Source: Podarcis pityusensis
Taxonomy: Eukaryota
Reading direction: 5' to 3' (one strand)
DNA length: 64,000 bases
Assembly (NCBI GenBank): GCA_964106645.2
Contig: OZ067045.1
Part shown: positions 51,069 through 64,000 of the stretch, piece by piece
Layout: every line of letters starts with the position of its first letter
Position numbering within the stretch: position 1 is the first letter of the stretch
Notes under the pieces: model-generated
Database searches by the model: none
What the model saw: only the letters and a program-made list of their open reading frames with translations
Told to the model about the DNA's origin: nothing
Position numbers and translations under genes: made by a program

Positions 51069-52112
51069 GTAAAAACATCTGGAAGGATGGATAGCACTTC
51101 AAATACAAGTACAGCAGAAAACTACACAATTTTCTTCAGCTTTAATAACAACAGTAGTAAAAATAATTTTTGAAGTGCTTAAACTAACTTTAGGTGCTAT
51201 AAGAACATGCATCACAATAGAGGTTGACAACCTTATTTTGACAACAAAATATTAGAAACAAAACTAAGAACTTGAGTGCATGAAAGCCAACTGTAATTAG
51301 AAATAGGCCAGCTGAAATAAAGGAACCTCAACATCCTATTATTTAAAAAGAAAAAGATTCAATTGAATGAATTAATGTGGGCTAGTAATGTATTCTGTAA
51401 ATAAGAAGATATGAGAGAAAATGTACAAAGATACAGAATAGGGGAAGAGAGTTGGAACGCAGGAAGTCACTAGAAAACTAGAGAGGATAACAAAAAAATC
51501 AGAACAGAAGGATATGCAGAAATGAAGGGACCTAATGTAAGGAATAAGGGTTCCTTGCCTTGTACTTTATTTCTGTCTTGCAGGGGATGTGGCAACACGA
51601 GGCCCTGGCATCTGCCCTTCTGTGCTGCCAGGACAGCTGTCAGGCAGAAGGAACTATTGATCTGCCTAGCTGGACCAAGTGATCTTGGGAGCCAATAGGA
51701 ACTTGACTGCCAGGCTTATATAACTGTCCCTCCTGAGGGAGTAACTGCTCTAGAAATTCCCATGCTGCACCTCACTCTGTTGCCTTTCGGAACCTGACCA
51801 CCCCATATGACCATGACTATGTTCTTGCCCCTGGCTGCTCTTATTTTTATTTGCTGCTCTGGACTTTGGCTTCTCCCTGACATACCTATGCCATCACCGC
51901 TGTCCCTTCCCATGGATCATTTGCAGGCCTAACCCTGTAAATCTGTGACAGTCCCACGATATGGAATTATAAGGAGGAAAGAATTAAAACAACTCCCTTG
52001 GCTGGAAGCAAAACAGGGACAGCCGTTTTAGCTGCCAGACACAAATGCAGTGTGTTAGTACACATTTGTGCTAATTACCATGTGTGGTTGTTGCCAAGCA
52101 AACCCCATGCAG

Positions 52113-52115
<3 letters not shown>

Positions 52116-52162
<47 letters not shown>
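52116..52162. repeat. (GA)n microsatellite
   Basis: Direct reading. Confidence 0.95.
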
Positions 52163-52164
<2 letters not shown>

Positions 52165-52817
52165 AGGAACTTTTTAAGGGCTAAAGCAGAGGATTCAACA
52201 AATGGATGTGCCACACAGACTACAAATTAAAGCATCCACTTACACAGTGTGTTTTTTCTTCTTCTATAAAGTATATATACTTTCATCTAAAGACCAGGGG
52301 GAGTGATACTTCCCTGGAAAGCCCACCAGAAAGACTCAGTTATTATTAACCAGGAGCTTTGCCTTTTGAGCAGAGCTCTTCCTCCTACTGTGTTGGGCTC
52401 AAACCAAAGTAGTAACATTAGAGTATGTAGTAACACTGAAGGTATAGGCAACATGATGGATTCAGGACTCCAAGTAAATCAGAACTTGCCTTGCTTGAGT
52501 TGGCTTTCTGGCTATATATCTGTCTATTCAGGTGCTCAAAGTATGGACCTGCTTCTGAGTTTTAGTCCTCTCTGCACCATTTCTCTTGAGTTTGATGCAT
52601 TCATTAGAATATCCCAACATTACATTTTCATGCTTTTTCAGAAATTGATGTAACTTTGAAATTACAACTTGTGCAAAACAGTCCTGATGGTCAGACAAGA
52701 CCCTAGCTGTTATTTCAACTATTTCTGTCAGTCCAGTTTCACTTTTTTGCTTTAGTGCTTCCTTCCACTCAGTATCTTTTGAGTTCATATCCTAAAGGTA
52801 GAGTCTCATCTTCTCAG

Positions 52818-52936
52818 GGCGAGAGACCCGGCTCCCTCTGCGCATCAAAGGAGAAGCCATGGCCCCCAAGCTGCTTTTCAACTTTGACCAGCTGGATGTT
52901 GGGAAAATTTTTGTTGGCTCAGCCCACAGTTATGAG
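52818..52936 (+). CDS. HYDIN: HYDIN coding exon 10
   Basis: (G)RETRLPLRIKGEAMAPKLLFNFDQLDVGKIFVGSAHSYE; phase 1-0. Confidence 0.96.
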
Positions 52937-53308
52937 GTGAGTCCTGTTATTCATCAGAGCTGTGCTCTGCCTTCCTTCCATGAGCTTAGGGCATTCACAT
53001 TGTTTTATGCTTTGAGGTCACTTAGGCTAAGAGAAACAGGGCCATCCAAGGCCATCCAGTCAGAGTCATAGCTGAGTGAGGTTTTGAACTCAGATCTCCC
53101 TGTCTAAAGTCCAACACTTATCTACCTTTGGTTCACAGAAGCCAACCTCCCACATTCCTAGCCAAGGATTATGTAATCTATACATCTGTGATGACGGTAA
53201 CAATAGAATGGAAGTTGGAGACAGCAGCACCAGTTTTAACAGAAATGTAAATGAGTTGCTTCTTTGAGAATTAAGATTGTTTTCATCTTCTCCTCTCCCT
53301 TGCTGCAG

Positions 53309-53532
53309 GCCATCCTTTCTAACAAAGGAGCTATTGATGCCCTCTTCAGCCTGATATGGCCATCCACGGCCCTGGGTGCCTGTTTCACATTTCAGCCCAG
53401 TGAAGGAATAATTGAGCCAGGAGGCCACCAGGCCATTCAGGTCACCTTCAGCTGTACTATCCTGGGACAGTTCTTTGAAGAGTTCAAATTCAGTGTGAAT
53501 GGATCTCCCCAGCCTGTGATCTTAGTGATTAG
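53309..53532 (+). CDS. HYDIN: HYDIN coding exon 11
   Basis: AILSNKGAIDALF...EGIIEPGGHQAIQVTF...VNGSPQPVILVI(R); phase 0-2. Confidence 0.97.
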
Positions 53533-53998
53533 GTAAGCTGGAGAAACGATGTCAATGAGTTTCAAGCATATCCTTAGGGAAGTTTCGAGGTAAAACTGAT
53601 GTTTAAAAAGAAAACATTTTTGTAGAGATACAGACACACAAAGCTATACAGACAACTCACTTTCTGAGGTCCATCACATTCATAACTCAAGAAGGAGGTT
53701 ATGCAGACAGTGGAGGTCCCAGTTCTCTACTGCTGTCTTGAGCTGTAGTCTGGGACACAGATGAGTGTGTGTGCACATATGTGCACATGTGCATGTATAT
53801 CCAAATGCATCTGACGTTAGATTCTGTATTCCACAACAATTCAAGCATAACTCTCTCCCTTGGTCCCCTGACAACCACACTTCTGTGTTGCAAAGGCAGG
53901 ATGGGAGCCTTTGGCCCTAAAAGTTCTGCTAACTACTTCAACTAAAGGTGACTTTTCTTTGAGTCCTGTTACAAAGGAGTCTCTGTTTTCTCTTTCAG

Positions 53999-54066
53999 GG
54001 GCTGCGTCATTGGACCGACATTTCATTTCAATGTCCCATCCCTCGATTTTGGGGATGTCTCCTTTG
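53999..54066 (+). CDS. HYDIN: HYDIN coding exon 12
   Basis: (R)GCVIGPTFHFNVPSLDFGDVSF(G); phase 2-1. Confidence 0.96.
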
Positions 54067-54093
54067 GTAAGTTTGCACTATTTCTGGATTTTT

Positions 54094-54133
54094 GTAGTAG
54101 TAGTAGTAGTAGTAGTAGCAGTAGTAGTAGTAG
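54094..54133. repeat. (GTA)n microsatellite
   Basis: Direct reading; ~28 nt after the donor of HYDIN coding exon 12. Confidence 0.95.
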
Positions 54134-54687
54134 TTGTATAATAATAAATTATAATTATTAGTTAGATTTCTTTAAAAACAAGGCCAGTTGTGAATCCTAC
54201 TTGTAGGCGAGACTGGCTTTAAGGTCATAATAAATGTGTTGCTCAATCAGACCAACATCCATCTAATACTCCAGTGTTCTGTTTCCTACTAAGGGCCACC
54301 ACCCAGGTGCTCACAAAGAGCAGTGCATGGAAATCGTGATGGGTTTGTCCCTTCATACCCAGATGACTTAGAGTAGCCTTCGCCAACTTTTGTGGCCTTC
54401 CAGCTGTTTTGGACCAGTACTCCCATCAGCCCTAGCCAGCATGGCCACCTACTGTAGGGAGTACCAGCCTTAGAGCATGCATATGGCAGGAGTAGAAATA
54501 ATAGGATGGGGAGGGCTAGGTAAGGGCAGCTGAGAGTGTGCTCAAAGTGAGGCATTGGTTCTTCTCCAGGAAATGGTGATTGCGAAGTGAGTTTTAAGGT
54601 GGGTTTTGAAGAAAGAGGTGGAAGCTGTTCTAAGAGAGCCTAACAAAAGTCAATGAGATGGGGGTGGTGAAGAACCAAGAGCTAGGG

Positions 54688-54691
<4 letters not shown>

Positions 54692-54730
<39 letters not shown>
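54692..54730. repeat. (TA)n microsatellite
   Basis: Direct reading. Confidence 0.95.
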
Positions 54731-54735
<5 letters not shown>

Positions 54736-55967
54736 ATAATCTTTAGGAAGGATTAGGGTTGACTGGGATTAGTTTCAGGAAAGACCAAATAAAGTACCAC
54801 TTCAGGCAATGCATAATTTCCTTGTGGAATTCATTATTGCACGAACAAATGACGGTCACTGGCTTTGAATAATAAAAAAGACCAATTAATGTTTTTCAAA
54901 ACCGATTAATATGATAGCTAAATGGACTGCCTCTGAACCTTGGGGGTTCCAGCTCTAAAAACCATCAAATCAATTAGGAAAGGACAGCTGTCTTTCCATC
55001 TTATGGACTTCCAGGGGCATCTGCCTGACCACTGTGACTGGACTAGGTGGACTGTTGGTCTGATCCTCTTGTTATGTTCCCATTGCTAATGTAGCTATTC
55101 AACCCCCCCTGTTCTCCTTGTAGGCCTGTATTTGTTTCCTTCTTCCTGCTGCAAACTCATCTTCCCCAATATATTCTTAACTCGTTATTTCAGATAATTT
55201 CCATTCCAGTGTTGATCCTGGCTCCTCTGTCCCAGCCTCATTAAAGGCAATCTGACGTTTAAATGTGAAATCAATAGTGGTGTGGCTGAAGGCATAATTG
55301 GTGCTTGATATCCACCATAACCTGCCCCATCCTGCCCCATATTCCTGTTATTCAAGAGAACTCATTACTTTTTCTGCACATTTTCCAGCACTCAACACCA
55401 TTTCATTTTAGCTCTCACCTCTTTGTTTTTTATGAATAAATTAAAAATAAAAATCCAATCGAGTCCTTTTTGATGCCTTGGCTGCTGGCTGGCCTACCTA
55501 GAGAGCTGCCTTTGAAGAGTGTTTGGAAATTCCAGCTGGTTCAGAATGTTGTAGCCAGACAGGAATGGTCATGGTGATCAGTACATTGATAACCTCATGT
55601 CTGGATCATTTGTAAAGGCTTTATATATGAGGCTTCCCTTAAAGATGACTTGGAAGCTTCCATTAGTGCAGAACTCAAATCCCAGAATTTTGAAGAACCA
55701 GGTAGGTTCATTGAATCAATTTTGAAAGAACTGCATTGGCTGCTTCTTTGCTTCCGAGCCCAATTCCGAGTGCTGGCCCTTTTAAAACCTTAGAAAGCCT
55801 GAGACCCAAATACATGGCGGAGTTCCTCTTCCCATGTCTTAAGATCTTTGATCAAGGCCCTGCTCTGAGTGCCATCTGTAGTGGAAGTATGTGATGTATT
55901 TTAAAAGAAAAAGCCCTGAGTGGGGAGGGCATTCCAAAGTTGAGCGGGGTGCTCTCATTTGCAAATA

Positions 55968-56320
55968 CAGACACATCTTGGAGATACTGAAGGTTCTTTT
56001 CCAGAACACCACACTAAAGTAATATTGCAATAAAATGAGTCACACAATTTATTTTGTTTCCCAGTGCATATAAAAATTATGTTTACACCATACTGTATAC
56101 TAATCCAGGCCCACCTAGCTGCAGAGGTTGGAGGGAGGAAACCCGGATATAGCCCTTGCCAGCTCCACTGCCATGCCCAGGAGAGGGGTAGTGGCAGGTG
56201 GGGGGTGGCCTTCCTTCCTCTGGAAGTGGCTGGGTTGCCTGCAGCTGTACCCACATCCTCATAAGGAGCAGTATCTGCAAAGCACAATAAAGTGAAATGC
56301 AATAAAATGAGGTATGCCTG
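55968..56320 (-). mobile_element. Tigger1-like internally deleted element
   Basis: Right end reads (minus) CAGGCATACCTCATTTTATTGCATTTCACTTTATTGTGCTTTGCAGATACTG; left ~130 bp resembles the other end of recalled Tigger1; flanks are TA and TG. Confidence 0.8.
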
Positions 56321-57233
56321 TGGACAACATACTTCAAGTGGCACCAACAAGACAATCTTTTTTTGTGATGCGTGACATAGTTTGCATGGTAGTTTTTATA
56401 GTTCTATTTCTATGTTTCATGACATTTTGTTAATCTCTTATGTTAAACTGTTAGTATGAATATTTTTTTACTTATGCCTATTGTACCTATTTGTATTGAT
56501 CTACCTTTTGTGCCCATTTATGCTTATCCTGGAGTTGTCTTGGGTTAAGAGTAATTCAGAGCATGTGGCTCCTAGGCTATACCAACTTTGTTTGCTAATA
56601 ATCAATTTCCACGAACAATTCAAAGTGTTCCACACACACGACTTGGGACCAGGTAGTCTCCTTTTCTCCCACTTGAGCTTGCCCAGCTTTTAAGACCCTC
56701 AGGAGCCTTTTGCTCTGTCCCACCAACCTCTGAAGCACATTTGGCAGGAACTCAAGAGAGGACCTTATCACTGGCTGCTTCTAGGTTCTAGAACGCCTTG
56801 CTAAGGATTTCATTGAACTTCTACTGAGCAGATCTTGACTCACTACTATATATGGGCTTAGGAATTACTTTTAGATTGACAACTGTGTAGATTGGAAATT
56901 AGCTTTGAGAAGTGGGTGGAGGGTTGCCTTCCCTTCTAGCATATGGCTTGGAGTGTCATTTAGGAACCCCACTGTCCTTGCAAACCATGTATGGTTATTC
57001 CTTCAGAACACCTATACCTCTAGATGAAGAGTTGTTTCTACGCATTGAGGAGGGACTGTTGCTATATGACATGGGCCTGTTCACTTGCTGTGTGGGCCGT
57101 TGGCACAAACTCCTTTTCCTAAAAGAAAAGTTGACTGTGTGGAGGAGTCCAAATGACTGTCCTTTTGGGTCACTTTCAGTGCCTTCATGAAGCTCCTTCA
57201 CAATTCCTGTTGGGTGAAAACATTCTCTTGCAG

Positions 57234-57469
57234 GTTTCCCTCACACCCTGTCCTGCTGTCTCATCAACACCTCTTTGGTGCCCATGACCTTTGACCTTCG
57301 TGTCCCAGGAGATGGCACTGGGGAGCCAAGTGTCATGAGTGAGCATCAAGCCTCTGACATATCAAGGCCAACGTGGAGGAAGGCACGCAGTGGAGGGGCA
57401 AAGCCCAAAGAATTTACCATCACTCCCAACCGAGGCACCATCCGCTCACAAGGACTCATGGACATCCAG
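57234..57469 (+). CDS. HYDIN: HYDIN coding exon 13
   Basis: (G)FPHTLSCCLINTSLVPMTFDLRVPGDG...KPKEFTITPNRGTIRSQGLMDIQ; phase 1-0. Confidence 0.96.
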
Positions 57470-59682
57470 GTACAGTGCCACTTATGCTGCTGTTTGTCCT
57501 CAGTGAGGAGCAGGTGGATCTTGAAGTACAGCAAATTGATTATAGGACTTGTGCTGAGGATAGATTGTATTATAAAGGCTTACTAAGCTATGAGGCAATT
57601 ATTGAGTTGCAGAATCACTCACTTGAAAGTCAATTTAAGTTACAGTAATGTTCATACTGTTCTCAGTGGAAAAGCTTGGAGAAACTGGCCAGTGACCTCA
57701 AATGAAAAGAGAGAGAATTCCCCTCCTATATCCAAAGGGCTGCCAACTCCTGCTTCATTTGTAGCATCTTCAGGACTTGGCCTTTTCTGTCTTTTCGTCC
57801 TGCAAAAATAATGCATGTTCAAACTCTGCTCTGTGCTGTTTGAGGCCACATAATGATGCTCCTTACAGAATGTCTCTCGTGCCATCTTTGCCCCCATTTA
57901 TGTTAAACTCCTTTTTCTCTGCCATCACTGTATTAAGGTTGCATCACCCCTCATGGCTTGGGGGGCAAAAGCTGGGGTTACTTGGGACCTCCAACCATTT
58001 TAAGGAGCACAAAAATCTTTCCTCATAAAGCTGCCACTGTCTTGCTCTTCTTACAATTGAAGTAAACAGGTCGCCAATATTTAAGATGTGTCTGTCCAAC
58101 ACTCCTTTCAAAAGAACTCCCTTTAATTGAGGGAGGTGCAAGAACCAGTAGCTACTGGGAACCAGTAGCAATGTGAGTAGGGTTGAGTATGAATTTACCC
58201 CTGGCACAGAATTATAATTATGAAGTAAAATAGTTTTATTGAGGAAATCAGAGTTTACAGACATTTAGAGAGAAACATGAACAAAGAAAAGAACAAAGAA
58301 TGACAGTGTAAATATCTTGCTTCCTGTGTCCCCAATGATGGTCAGGAAGAGGGCAGAAAAATAGTTCATGTTGCCTCTGTGAGTTCATGTTGCCTGTGTG
58401 AGTACAGAGGGGGCTGGATAGGAGAAGGAGAATAATAATAAGTCTGTTGATTGAGTGCACTCTAGGTCTCAAAGGTAGAAGTTGTGTCTCTCTTACTGAT
58501 TTTCACATTTCCATATCTATTACCTATACAGCACTGAGAACTCACAGCCCCCTTTTAATAGAACAATATAGTTGGGAGAAGATGGGATCAACCTGAGTCA
58601 ATCAATCAGAGATGACAGTTCACAGAGGATAGCCATCATATAATGGGATCATCAGAGGACACAGTTCTCTCACCCATTCACACTCCATGCAGATAGTTGG
58701 CTAGGAAGCTATACATTCATCTTTCTAAGTAGTGCATCAGCTAAGAGCACACATCTCACAGGGTGACTAATCCCCATTCATTCAAGGGAAGTATCTGCCC
58801 TCACATGGAGGTTAGGGTTGTTTAAAAAACCAAACTGGTAGGTATCGATATTAAGGTGACCAAACTTTTAAAGATACAGCTTATTTCTGCTGTGCACCTG
58901 TCTCCCCAAATCAGGGGTTACCAGTGTGGAACCCATAGACACACATGCAGCTGCTGAGACTTTCCCTGGTGCCCACAGGATACACTCCCCCCACTGAAAT
59001 TAAACTTGAAAGAAGCATTTCATTGTAATCAATAAAATAGGTTGTCTTGTGTGCTTGTTTGTGGGTGATGATGATGGTACCCCTGCCTCTTTCTTTGTTT
59101 TGCAAATGAGCCCACAGCCCCCAAAATATGTTGAGCAAAATCAGCCCCTGAAAATTTGAGGGGGAGATTTTCAAGCCTCTGAAGACCACATGGTAAAATG
59201 GATGTGGCCAGGACAGAAAATTGGGCATGACCACTTAATTCTGTTTATTATCAGCCTTTCAGAGCCCTCTTCCCCAACCAAAATTCACCCAAATACATTT
59301 TATATGCTCACCAGTATGATCAATAGGTAATGCTCAGTTTCTTCTATTCACTGCTGGCTTCATTGTTTCTCCCACTTTGATGTTCATTCACCTTTGGCTG
59401 CTGAAGGCATCAAAGAAACAATGCTAGTGAAACATCTTACATTGGTTGTGCTGGGTGAGAACTGGCCCACAGTGCTTTGAAGATTGTTAGGGCATGTCGC
59501 CATCAGAAACATTTTGTCGCAATCCTTACCCCTTTTTTCTGTGCCCCAACATCCCAGGGCTACTCTTCTTATATTTTTTTTACATGCCTGCCTTTGGGGG
59601 GGTTGGGATTTGGGCTGGTCAATCACAAGGTTATGAACCTTGTTCCTGTAACCTGAATTCTTTCTTCCTTTTCCCATGGCAG

Positions 59683-59783
59683 GTGACCTTATGTTCCAAC
59701 ACTGTGAAGACGTATGAAACAGCACTAGTAGTGGATGTGAAGGGGAGTGGAGAAGATGTACTGGCTCTCCCAATCACAGCGAG
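59683..59783 (+). CDS. HYDIN: HYDIN coding exon 14
   Basis: VTLCSNTVKTYETALVVDVKGSGEDVLALPITA(R); phase 0-2. Confidence 0.96.
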
Positions 59784-61161
59784 GTATTGCTACTTTGATT
59801 GCTGTCTTTGCTGGAATCATGTGTGTTGTGCTGACCCCATCCTTTGTGCCAATTCTGAATGAGATGGGTATTGCAACAGCATAATTGCCATTGTTTGAGT
59901 ATCTGGGTACAGCAAGATGCAACATAAGAAGGAGTTTGTGACTGCTTCAGTAAGAGCAACCTGAAAATTGCAAGACCTGTCACCTCTGTCTTGCTTTATT
60001 TCTTTGCTTTCTCTTCCCTCTGTGCACTTTAAGTCCTGGTTTCAAAAAGCACTTTCACACTGCCTCTGGTAAGTCAGCCCTGGATGTACAGAAATGGACA
60101 GTGCTAAAAATTCCAACAGGATCTTGAGGAAAACAACCTGGCTTTCTTTCAGCAGAAAAGTGAAAGGCAAAAAGATCCCTGCTAGAGCAGCTCCTCCAAG
60201 GCCAATATCTTGAACAAGTCAGCAGTACTGCATGATGTCACCAGGACCCCGCATCTGAGTCTCCTGTCCCCTTCCAAGTGTTTAAAACAAAGTTGTTCAT
60301 ATATTAGGATAAGCTACCAGCCAAATGCATCTTCAGACTGCAGCAAAGTAAAGTGTGGACATATAGACCATTAGACCTTTAAAATGTGCCCTTATGAGTT
60401 CCAAAATAGTCCCCTTTTCCCCCAGCATAGAAAAAGACCATACTTTTGGTGAGTTAAAAATGGTTAACATACAAACTCTCCAAAGGCCAGGTTCATATGC
60501 TTTTCTATACAGCATTCAGAAAAAGTTGCACAGGCAGTAAAACCTGACTTAGTTACAGCGGTGAAAGTTCCTAAATTATTAGTATAGGAACAGAACAATG
60601 GCCTGTTGGAGCCATGTGGTCTGAGCTTGGAGCAACCAGCTCAGATCTCTTTACATGCTGAGCTTCTCAGATAGACCGGAAGGCAAACAAAGTCTTAATT
60701 ACCTAGTCCCTTCCAAGGTGAGGGGAGTGGATATAGCTAAGCATGGCAGGACAGCTTACTCTATGGTATTAAACCCTTCATGTATTAATTAGACATAAGT
60801 ATGTTGGTAATATGAGGTTGGTTATCCCACATTTTCCAGGCCATATCTGACATTCTGTGCAGCAGGACACTTAACACTCAAAAGGCCAGGAAAGCCAGGC
60901 TGTTAACAAATTGTGCAGGGCAAGATCCCTCTCGATCCCTCTTATTGCCAAGTGAGGGTCTGTGTCTATCGTCTTCACTTTGGATCTGCTTTGAGATGGT
61001 GTACTAGGAACTTGGCCTTTCTGAATTCTAGTGGCCACATGGCTGATGATGAGCATCTTCTTTGTAATGATAGATGAGTAGTTGTTATTCTCTGCCTCCT
61101 CAGTATGGGTCAGATCTAAGCAAGCTTTCCTCTCTGTTTATTTGCTCATGTAACTGACTAG

Positions 61162-61297
61162 ATGCAGCACACCTCCACTGCATGTGGCTAATCCCATCCT
61201 GAATTTTGGACGTTGTTTCTTGAAGTTCCCATACCAGCAGATGGTGAAACTTGTTAATGAAAGTGATCTTCCAGGGTGCTATGGTGTTCTTCCCCAG
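61162..61297 (+). CDS. HYDIN: HYDIN coding exon 15
   Basis: (R)CSTPPLHVANPILNFGRCFLKFPYQQMVKLVNESDLPGCYGVLPQ; phase 2-0. Confidence 0.94.
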
Positions 61298-61655
61298 GTT
61301 AGTTCAGTTGTTTCTATTGTATTTTAAAGGCCCTGAGGAAGCCTACAGATAAAGCTGGGAGTAGAGAGGAAATGTCCAGTTATCACAGTTCCTGGATGAT
61401 TTTATTTGATTTTAGAATATTTGAATCTTCTTAGTTGGAGCTGTTAAGCTACCCAAAATCATGAAGAGCCCTGACATGACACCAACGGTCTGAAACTGAG
61501 TGTTTTGTTATCAAGATCTTTAAAAAACAAAAAAGATGTCCAAACAGATGAAATAAATAGGTTTCTTCACTGAGAAGATGTTGACAGCTTAGCTAGTGAA
61601 AAGTATGAAGCAGCTCTCTCTGAAGGTTTGGTGTGATGCTTTTATCTCCATCCAG

Positions 61656-61820
61656 GAATATGAGAAGTCCCTCACCGTCTTGCATTCCAGTCCTTTGCCT
61701 TGTGGTATCATTCAGCCTCATTCCACTGTTGAGATCCCCTTGGCCTTGGAAGTCCAGGAGAAAGGGCAGCAGGAGGCAGTAGCCTTCATTGCTGTCTTTG
61801 GGAATGAAGTCTTTCCACTG
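61656..61820 (+). CDS. HYDIN: HYDIN coding exon 16
   Basis: EYEKSLTVLHSSPLPCGIIQPHSTVEIPLALEVQ...FIAVFGNEVFPL; phase 0-0. Confidence 0.94.
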
Positions 61821-63517
61821 GTGAGTGAACTAAATGAAGGAGGTCTTCTCCCCTGCCTACTCCCACCCCTTTGCACTCTAAAAATGCTCAGGGAAATGGG
61901 TTGTATATGGTAACAAGTCCACTTCTTTGTAATGTGTGCATGCTCAGAACTAGTATGTCTCTGGGATATTTGTATATTGCAGAAATGAGGATTTCTGGCC
62001 ACAATCCACAATTCTTGAGCTATTTTTGAACATGAAATTGAGAAGCAACAGTTGCCCCAGGTGATTTTGCACTGTTAAAAGCCACAGTTCATCAAGGCCA
62101 GCCAAGCCATTTATTTATGCTCTTCCTAGCCAGAAATCTAAACAATATATTTGAGAGAGATGCCAAATTCTCTAAGTCTAGGACATCCACACCTTACCAG
62201 ATTCAGAAAGGAAGGCCTTTGAGGGGCAGTCATGTGCCTATAGCCCTTGGCAGCAAATGTCCATTCCCATCAGGAACGAGGAAGAGACTGAAAGTCTGGC
62301 TCTTTAAGTTAAAAAGAAGTGACTGCAGGCCCCCGCCCCTGCTTTCTCCTATTCTAAATGGAAACATGAATGGGAAAGTATTTTTCCTCCAGACCTGAAA
62401 TGTGAGTTAAGCACAAAAGAAATGTTTGTTGGTGCTGGAGCAGGACAGAGTTCAGCATTATGATATAATGGAAACACATGATAAGCAGAGACAAATTTAT
62501 GACAAAGTAGGGTATACAGTTCTTGCTCCCATTATGGAGTCTTTTCAGCTTACTAATTTGTTTCATTTTTATGAGTGCCTTTTAAATAGAGATTATTGAA
62601 CTGCAGTATCCTTCTGTATCACATCTGGCTGGTGCATGCAAAATCTTCCTCCTGCTTTTCATAAACTGCCTTCTTTGTTGCATGTTCTGTTCATGCTCTG
62701 GGCTTTGTCATTTCACTGCTAGTAATAATAGTTATTATTTATTTAATCATCATCATCATCATCATCATCGGCCCATCTGGCTGGGTTTCCCCGCCACTCT
62801 GGGTGGCTTCAAACAAAATACTAAAAATACATTAAAACACTAGCAGATCACACTTTGGGGCAGGCTGCTTGGCACTGGGATAGGTCAAGATTAGAGGATA
62901 AACCAGCCCAAGTAGGGCTTGCCTCTGGCAGAATTGGCCTTTTATTGTCACTGTGGACCAGTTAACAAGATCATTGAGACTGATAGCAAACTTCCTTTTT
63001 CTTATCAAGCAGCTAGCAAACAAAGTCCTGTGCAAATGCATTTTGGAGTCTGCAAAATCAATCCTTTTTATTCACGTCAGGTGGGCTTTTAATGTGCAAA
63101 AGGACTGTCTGCCTATATTATATTGGTGAGCATGTGAAGGGCAAGAGCAGTCAGACTCTCAAGTGGAGTCCAGCAGCAGTATTTATTTTGAACTGAGGCC
63201 TTAGGGTTGAAAATGCAGGGCCAAGGTCTGTACTCAGCTTAGGTGGGGACCTCTAACTGAGCCAAATCTTATCAGCCTGAAGATCTCTTTGAATAGAGGC
63301 AGACAATGAGATGCCTTCCAGATGTTGTTGGGAGTCCAGCATCCCCAGCCAGCATGACTCATGGCCAGGGGTGATGGGGGATTGAGCCCAACCACTTCTG
63401 AAGGGCACCACATTGGCTACCCAAGGCCTTAGTACAGTCCCATCTCCCTTTCAACAGCCAGAGCCTGATGCTGACTTTTCATCTTTGTTTCCTGTTTCCT
63501 ATTATTCTCTGTGACAG

Positions 63518-63670
63518 ACGATCCAGCTTGTGTCCTTTGGAGAAGGCCCTGTCGTTTATGTGCATCCTGCTAAACTAGACTTCGGCTCCATCCAGGTTTT
63601 AAAGGATGTTTCTCGGGTGCTCTATCTTTCCAATCAATCTGTTATTCCTGCACCATTTGAGGCACAGATG
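63518..63670 (+). CDS. HYDIN: HYDIN coding exon 17 (gene continues beyond the window)
   Basis: TIQLVSFGEGPVVYVHPAKLDFGSIQVLKDVSRVLYLSNQSVIPAPFEAQM; phase 0-0. Confidence 0.95.
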
Positions 63671-64000
63671 GTAAGCAGAGTGTGGCATGGTTTCTAATGA
63701 AAACTGTGAACGGAAAGGAATTGTATCTATAATAGCCTGTGGTCTGGTTTTATGTGAAGGCGTCTCATTAAACCATCTTGAGCTGAAAGGTCATTGGATG
63801 TGGTTGCACTCTTGTGTTTCTGGGTGGCCTCCAAATGCATGAGACCTTCACTGATATAACTTGATGCTCCTATTGTCTCCCGACCATACCTTCTTGCCAT
63901 TTCCCCTTTCTTCCTTATAGTAGGGATGGTCACTGAGCTCTGCTGGTGTGATTTACATCCCTTGGTAAGCAGAAGCAAGGCATTCTCTACAAGCCTTTCT

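Overview
Vertebrate genomic DNA, most likely from a squamate (lacertid-like) lizard, judged from its repeats (Squam3-type SINEs, BovB tail, CR1/L2/L1 fragments, Tigger- and hAT-type MITEs). Two genes lie head-to-head. CALB2 (calretinin) coding exon 1 is on the minus strand at 13132-13222, with a TATA box, a CTCF-like site and an RE1-like site; positions 1-13131 are its intron 1. The 5' part of HYDIN is on the plus strand: a probable non-coding exon 1 with RFX X-boxes (~23620-23803), then 17 phase-consistent GT-AG coding exons (27198-63670, 2514 nt, 838 codons); the gene continues past the window. The short ORFs in the track are exon pieces or noise, except a hAT transposase remnant at ~15.0-15.6 kb. 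I see no clear new multi-gene system. The best leads are: (1) no intact CMTR2 between CALB2 and HYDIN, where mammals carry it, with a possible heavily decayed relic at 17.7-21.4 kb; (2) an element whose ends resemble mammalian Tigger1; (3) nested MITE/retroposon insertions with readable target-site duplications (TSDs). All homology calls are from recalled sequences; no database search was run.
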